The notes under the pieces are model-generated. The model was not told where the DNA came from and ran no database searches. It saw only the letters and a list, made by a program, of their open reading frames with translations. A DNA stretch of 64,000 bases from an uncultured bacterium (lineage in GTDB: Bacteria > Bacteroidota > Ignavibacteria > Kapaibacteriales > UBA2268): contig OW818654.1 in NCBI GenBank assembly GCA_942492935.1, positions 2,412,640 to 2,476,639 on the forward strand, read 5' to 3'. Both the position numbers and the translations under genes were made by a program. This document shows, piece by piece, positions 60,251 through 64,000 of this stretch. How positions within the stretch are numbered: position 1 is the stretch's first letter; each line of letters opens with the position of its first letter.

Positions 60251-62179
60251 ATGATGGAATTAGGATTGATAAAAGTTGCAGCGGTTTCTCCACAATTTAG
60301 AGTAGCTGATATTGAATTTAATATAGCAGAAATAAAAAAAATAGCTACTATTCTAAATTCTGAAGATGTTGCTATTGCAGTTTTTCCTGAATTATGTATT
60401 ACTGGCTATACTTGCGCCGACCTATTTTATCAGCAACTTTTGCTTAAAGAAGTTGAAAATAAACTGATTGATTTCTGTGAATATACAGAGGATATTAAGA
60501 CTACATTTATTTTGGGAGCTCCACTAAAAAATTATGGAAAACTTTTTAATTGTGCTGTTGTGATATCAAATGGTGAAATTCTTGCTGTTATTCCAAAAAC
60601 ATACATTTGCAATTACAATGAATATTACGAAGAAAGATGGTTTAGTTCTGAATATGACCGTTTGAATGATTATATAAATATAGGCACTATTGCTGTACCG
60701 TTTGGTACTGATATTTTATTTGAAAGCATTTATGATGAAAATGTTTGTTTTGGTGTTGAAATTTGTGAGGACTTATGGGCTGTAAAACCACCAAGTAATG
60801 ATATGGCAATATCTGGTGCAACAATGATTTTCAACCTTTCTGCAAGCAACGAACTTCTTGGAAAATATAAATATAGAAAAGGATTAGTAAAGTATCAGTC
60901 TGCGAAATTACTTGCAGGGTATATTTACACTTCATCAAATGCTAATGAATCAACTACAGATACTGCATTTTCGGGACATTCAATGATTTTTGAAAATGGA
61001 AAATGTCTTTATGAGATGCGTGAATTTTCTTTTGAAACAACCTACTCTGTGGCTTGTTTAGATTTACAGATAATTTCTAACGATAGAATAAAGAATAATT
61101 CCTTCGGAATTTCAAAATCAGAGAAGCAATTTAGAAGAGTATTAGTTGACATTGAGTCTTTCAATGGAACTGATTTACATCGTAGTTACAGTAAAACTCC
61201 ATTTGTTCCTCAGAATATTAATGAAAGAAATAGTGTATGCGAAGAAATAAGCAATATTCAAGTTGTTGGACTTGCAAAAAGATTAAAACATATTAAATCA
61301 AATAATGTAGTAGTTGGCATTTCAGGTGGATTAGATTCAACCCTTGCATTGATTTCAATTGTTCAGACTTTCAAAAAACTTAACCTTGATTTAAATGGTA
61401 TTACGGCTGTAACTATGCCCGGTTTTGGTACAACTGACAGAACTAAAAATAATGCAATCAATTTGATTAAGTTATTAAATTTAAATCTTAGAGAAATTGA
61501 TATTCAAAAATCAGTAAATCAACATTTTGAAGATATTAACCATAATTCTGAATTGCACGATATTGTATATGAAAATAGTCAAGCAAGGGAAAGAACACAA
61601 ATATTGATGGATATTGCTAATCAGTTGAATGGTATAGTAGTTGGAACAGGTGATATGTCCGAATATGCTCTTGGATGGTGTACTTATAACGGTGACCAAA
61701 TGTCTATGTATGGTATTAATTCAGGAATTCCAAAAACACTTATCAAATATTTGATAGATTGGTATGCTACTGAAGTTTTTGAAAATGAAATTTCAGAAAT
61801 ACTAAAAGATATAATTGCAACTCCTATTTCACCAGAATTATTGCCTCCCGATATAAATGGAAATATTCAAGATACTGAAAAATCAATTGGACCTTATTTG
61901 CTTAATGATTTTATAATGTTTTATTTTTTGAGATATAATTTTAGTCCTAAGAAAATTTATTATATTGCAACTAAATCATTTAGCGATTTGTTTTGTGAAT
62001 CTGAAATAAAAGAAGCATTAATCAATTTTTATAAAAGATTTTTTATAAGTCAATACAAACGCTCATCAATGCCAGATGGAGTGAAGGTCGGTACAGTTTC
62101 ATTATCACAACGTGCAGATTGGCGAATGCCAAGTGATGCAGAATTTAAATTATGGATATCAGATTTAGAGAATTATTAA
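60251..62179 (+). CDS. nadE: Glutamine-dependent NAD+ synthetase: N-terminal nitrilase/CN-hydrolase domain and C-terminal NAD synthetase domain.
   Basis: 642 aa. The CN-hydrolase region has the catalytic EICED context. The C-terminal PP-loop SGGLDS is typical of NadE. Confidence 0.85.
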   Translation: MMELGLIKVAAVSPQFRVADIEFNIAEIKKIATILNSEDVAIAVFPELCITGYTCADLFYQQLLLKEVENKLIDFCEYTEDIKTTFILGAPLKNYGKLFNCAVVISNGEILAVIPKTYICNYNEYYEERWFSSEYDRLNDYINIGTIAVPFGTDILFESIYDENVCFGVEICEDLWAVKPPSNDMAISGATMIFNLSASNELLGKYKYRKGLVKYQSAKLLAGYIYTSSNANESTTDTAFSGHSMIFENGKCLYEMREFSFETTYSVACLDLQIISNDRIKNNSFGISKSEKQFRRVLVDIESFNGTDLHRSYSKTPFVPQNINERNSVCEEISNIQVVGLAKRLKHIKSNNVVVGISGGLDSTLALISIVQTFKKLNLDLNGITAVTMPGFGTTDRTKNNAINLIKLLNLNLREIDIQKSVNQHFEDINHNSELHDIVYENSQARERTQILMDIANQLNGIVVGTGDMSEYALGWCTYNGDQMSMYGINSGIPKTLIKYLIDWYATEVFENEISEILKDIIATPISPELLPPDINGNIQDTEKSIGPYLLNDFIMFYFLRYNFSPKKIYYIATKSFSDLFCESEIKEALINFYKRFFISQYKRSSMPDGVKVGTVSLSQRADWRMPSDAEFKLWISDLENY

Positions 62180-62233
62180 AATTTTCTATCAATATTTCGT
62201 AAATAATAGTATTAATAATAAATTGAGATAAGT

Positions 62234-62902
62234 ATGCAGTTTGATGAGAATAACCAAATATCAATAATTATTGCTGATGACCATGAAGTAGTACGTGCAG
62301 GTATTCGAAGACTGCTTTCAATGGATAAGTCTTTGAAAATATTAGATGAAGCTTCTAATGGTCTGAATGCGGTTGAGTTAATTAAATACCATCAACCAAT
62401 GATTGCCCTGCTTGATATAATGATGCCACTTATGTCGGGCATTGATGCAGTAAAAAAAATTAAAATTGAAGCTCCTGAAACATTTGTAGTTATGCTAACA
62501 GCATTTGAAGATTCTAATCATCTCGAAAAAGCTTTAATGGCAGGTGCAGATGGTTATCTAACAAAAGATATTGGAGCCAAAGAACTAATTAAAGCAATAC
62601 ATACAGTTTTATCAGGCGAAAGAGTATTCAGTAAGTCCATTATTATGATTATGCAAAACAGATATGTTCCCACATTGCAAAATGACGAACAGATTACTAT
62701 TACAAGAAGAGAGCAAGAAATATTAAATTTAATTGCATTAGGAAAAAAGACTACTGAAATATCAGATACACTAAGTTTAAGTTCAAGAACTGTTGAAACT
62801 CACCGATATAATTTGATGAAAAAACTTAAATTAAATAGTGCAGCTGAATTAATTAGATATGCTGTAGTTACTTCTAATTTATCTGAAAAAAATAGTGAGT
62901 AA
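62234..62902 (+). CDS. Two-component response regulator of the NarL/FixJ (LuxR) family.
   Basis: 222 aa. Receiver motifs IIADDHEVVR and ALLDIMMPLMSG. The C-terminal LuxR HTH is TTEISDTLSLSSRTVETHRYNLMKKL. Confidence 0.8.
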   Translation: MQFDENNQISIIIADDHEVVRAGIRRLLSMDKSLKILDEASNGLNAVELIKYHQPMIALLDIMMPLMSGIDAVKKIKIEAPETFVVMLTAFEDSNHLEKALMAGADGYLTKDIGAKELIKAIHTVLSGERVFSKSIIMIMQNRYVPTLQNDEQITITRREQEILNLIALGKKTTEISDTLSLSSRTVETHRYNLMKKLKLNSAAELIRYAVVTSNLSEKNSE

Positions 62903-62956
62903 ATTTTCCATTAATTATTAGAATTTAAAATTATGCATTTAATAAGGTAAAAAAAA

Positions 62957-62982
62957 ATCCTCTCTTATGAGAGGATTTTTTT
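62957..62982. terminator. Bidirectional rho-independent terminator: A7-ATCCTCTC-TTAT-GAGAGGAT-T6.
   Basis: Perfect 8-bp stem with a 4-nt loop, flanked by an A-run and a T-run. It lies between the convergent stop codons of the LuxR regulator and the PiT-like gene. Confidence 0.7.
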
Positions 62983-62989
62983 GCAGAAA

Positions 62990-64000
62990 CTACTTCTTAT
63001 TTTTTTTGTTTTCCATTGTATCATATAAATAAGCAATTGCCTTTGTAAAAATCAATATTTCATCAATTATTATCTGAGTATTATTCAATATACTTAGATA
63101 TAGCATTTGAGTTCTTAATTTTTCTTTTGATACAGAAATTTCTATAATGTTTTCTGATTGGAATTTTCTGATTTTGGCACCTAATGACTCTACCTTTCTA
63201 TTAGTTTCTTCAAGATATTGAAAATCAAGATTTTTGAAGATTGTACTTAGTGAATCTAAAATAGTTGTGATATAGCCATTTACCTCGAACAAATTCTTGT
63301 TTTTACTATTTCCGAAACCTTGATGATTATTGTCGAAATGTTTATAAATATTTACTGAAAATTCTTTAAAGTTATCATCAATTCTTTCGAGAGAACCAAT
63401 GGATTTTGCAATTAGATTTCCATTTTTATTAATTTCTTTATCACCTGTTTTAATGACTTTAATTATGTCAGAAATTAAATTATTTGAAATTTCTTTAAGT
63501 TTTTTATGTTGATTTTTTGCTTTTTTTAGTTTTTTTAAATTTTCAGTTGCGATACCTTCAAAAACAAATCCAAATGCTTCTTTTGAAATTAAATAAAAGT
63601 TTGACGTATTTTCAAATAATATATCAGCTGAATCTTGAACAGTTTCACCAGTCTTATTTAAAAGAACTTGCTCTCTTTCGCTAAATTGCTTTTCTCTTTT
63701 CTTATGTATTAAATTTGTACGAAAGATTAAGAATCCGCTTAAAAGAAACAATCCTATCACAGCAATCATTCCACCGTAATAAATTGAAGTGGCAATTATT
63801 CCAGCAACAGTTGTTGCAACTAATGCAGTAATAAACCAACCACCAATAACCGTTAATACCCCAGAAACTCTATATACAGCACTTTCACGACCCCAAGCTC
63901 TATCGGCTAAAGCTGTTGACATAGCAACAATAAATGTAACATAAGTAGTTGATAAAGGCAATTTAAGCGATGTTCCGAATGAAATTAAAGCAGATGCGAC
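62990..64000 (-). CDS. PiT-family-like inorganic phosphate transporter with an unusually long cytoplasmic extension of about 230 aa. The gene is partial: its 5' end lies beyond the window.
   Basis: The ORF remains open to the window edge. The membrane part contains the PiT-like signature LPLSTTYV...RAWGRE...GGWFITAL. The C-terminal domain is hydrophilic and coiled-coil rich. Confidence 0.45.
   Translation of the reverse strand, partial: VASALISFGTSLKLPLSTTYVTFIVAMSTALADRAWGRESAVYRVSGVLTVIGGWFITALVATTVAGIIATSIYYGGMIAVIGLFLLSGFLIFRTNLIHKKREKQFSEREQVLLNKTGETVQDSADILFENTSNFYLISKEAFGFVFEGIATENLKKLKKAKNQHKKLKEISNNLISDIIKVIKTGDKEINKNGNLIAKSIGSLERIDDNFKEFSVNIYKHFDNNHQGFGNSKNKNLFEVNGYITTILDSLSTIFKNLDFQYLEETNRKVESLGAKIRKFQSENIIEISVSKEKLRTQMLYLSILNNTQIIIDEILIFTKAIAYLYDTMENKKNKK

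Noticed and set aside
1-64000. rRNA genes, riboswitches (TPP, cobalamin, SAM, FMN) and prophage structural genes.
   Set aside because: No stretch shows rRNA-like conservation or size. The leaders of nadE, pdxA and the transporter genes lack recognisable riboswitch cores. No capsid, terminase or integrase-like ORFs are present; the only mobile gene is the IS transposase.

Overview
AT-rich (about 30% GC) chromosomal segment, most consistent with a Bacteroidota- or Ignavibacteriota-like organism. The sequence supports this: four proteins end in type-A T9SS (Por) C-terminal sorting domains, and a BshC bacillithiol-ligase homolog and a dTDP-rhamnose cluster are present. Gene density is high and mostly housekeeping: nnr, dtd, gmhA, coaE, pdxA, pdxB, uvrB, ychF, nadE, holA, mazG, rdgB, meaB, nrnA and a cytochrome c assembly gene. 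One tRNA-Glu(CUC) is present. There are no rRNA genes and no CRISPR array.

Accessory content:
- a 7TM-GAF-PP2C / STAS / HATPase partner-switching operon;
- an HD-GYP gene followed by two paralogous single-domain receiver genes that bracket holA;
- an ECF sigma / anti-sigma pair next to a T9SS cargo gene;
- a CcoI-like P1B ATPase;
- a 2087-bp IS with 15-bp inverted repeats and a 5-bp ATTAA target duplication, which split a small T9SS-cargo gene in frame;
- a (ATAAG)5 pentanucleotide tract at the 5' end of that split gene;
- a four-gene operon of small membrane proteins (TM2 / DUF2752 / DUF4870-like) plus an M48 peptidase;
- several clusters of GC-rich palindromes in otherwise AT-rich intergenic DNA.

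A 51-codon CcmD-like ORF, below the size cutoff of the supplied ORF track, lies downstream of the cytochrome c assembly gene. Every functional call below is a motif-level reading of the translations made by eye. No database search was run.
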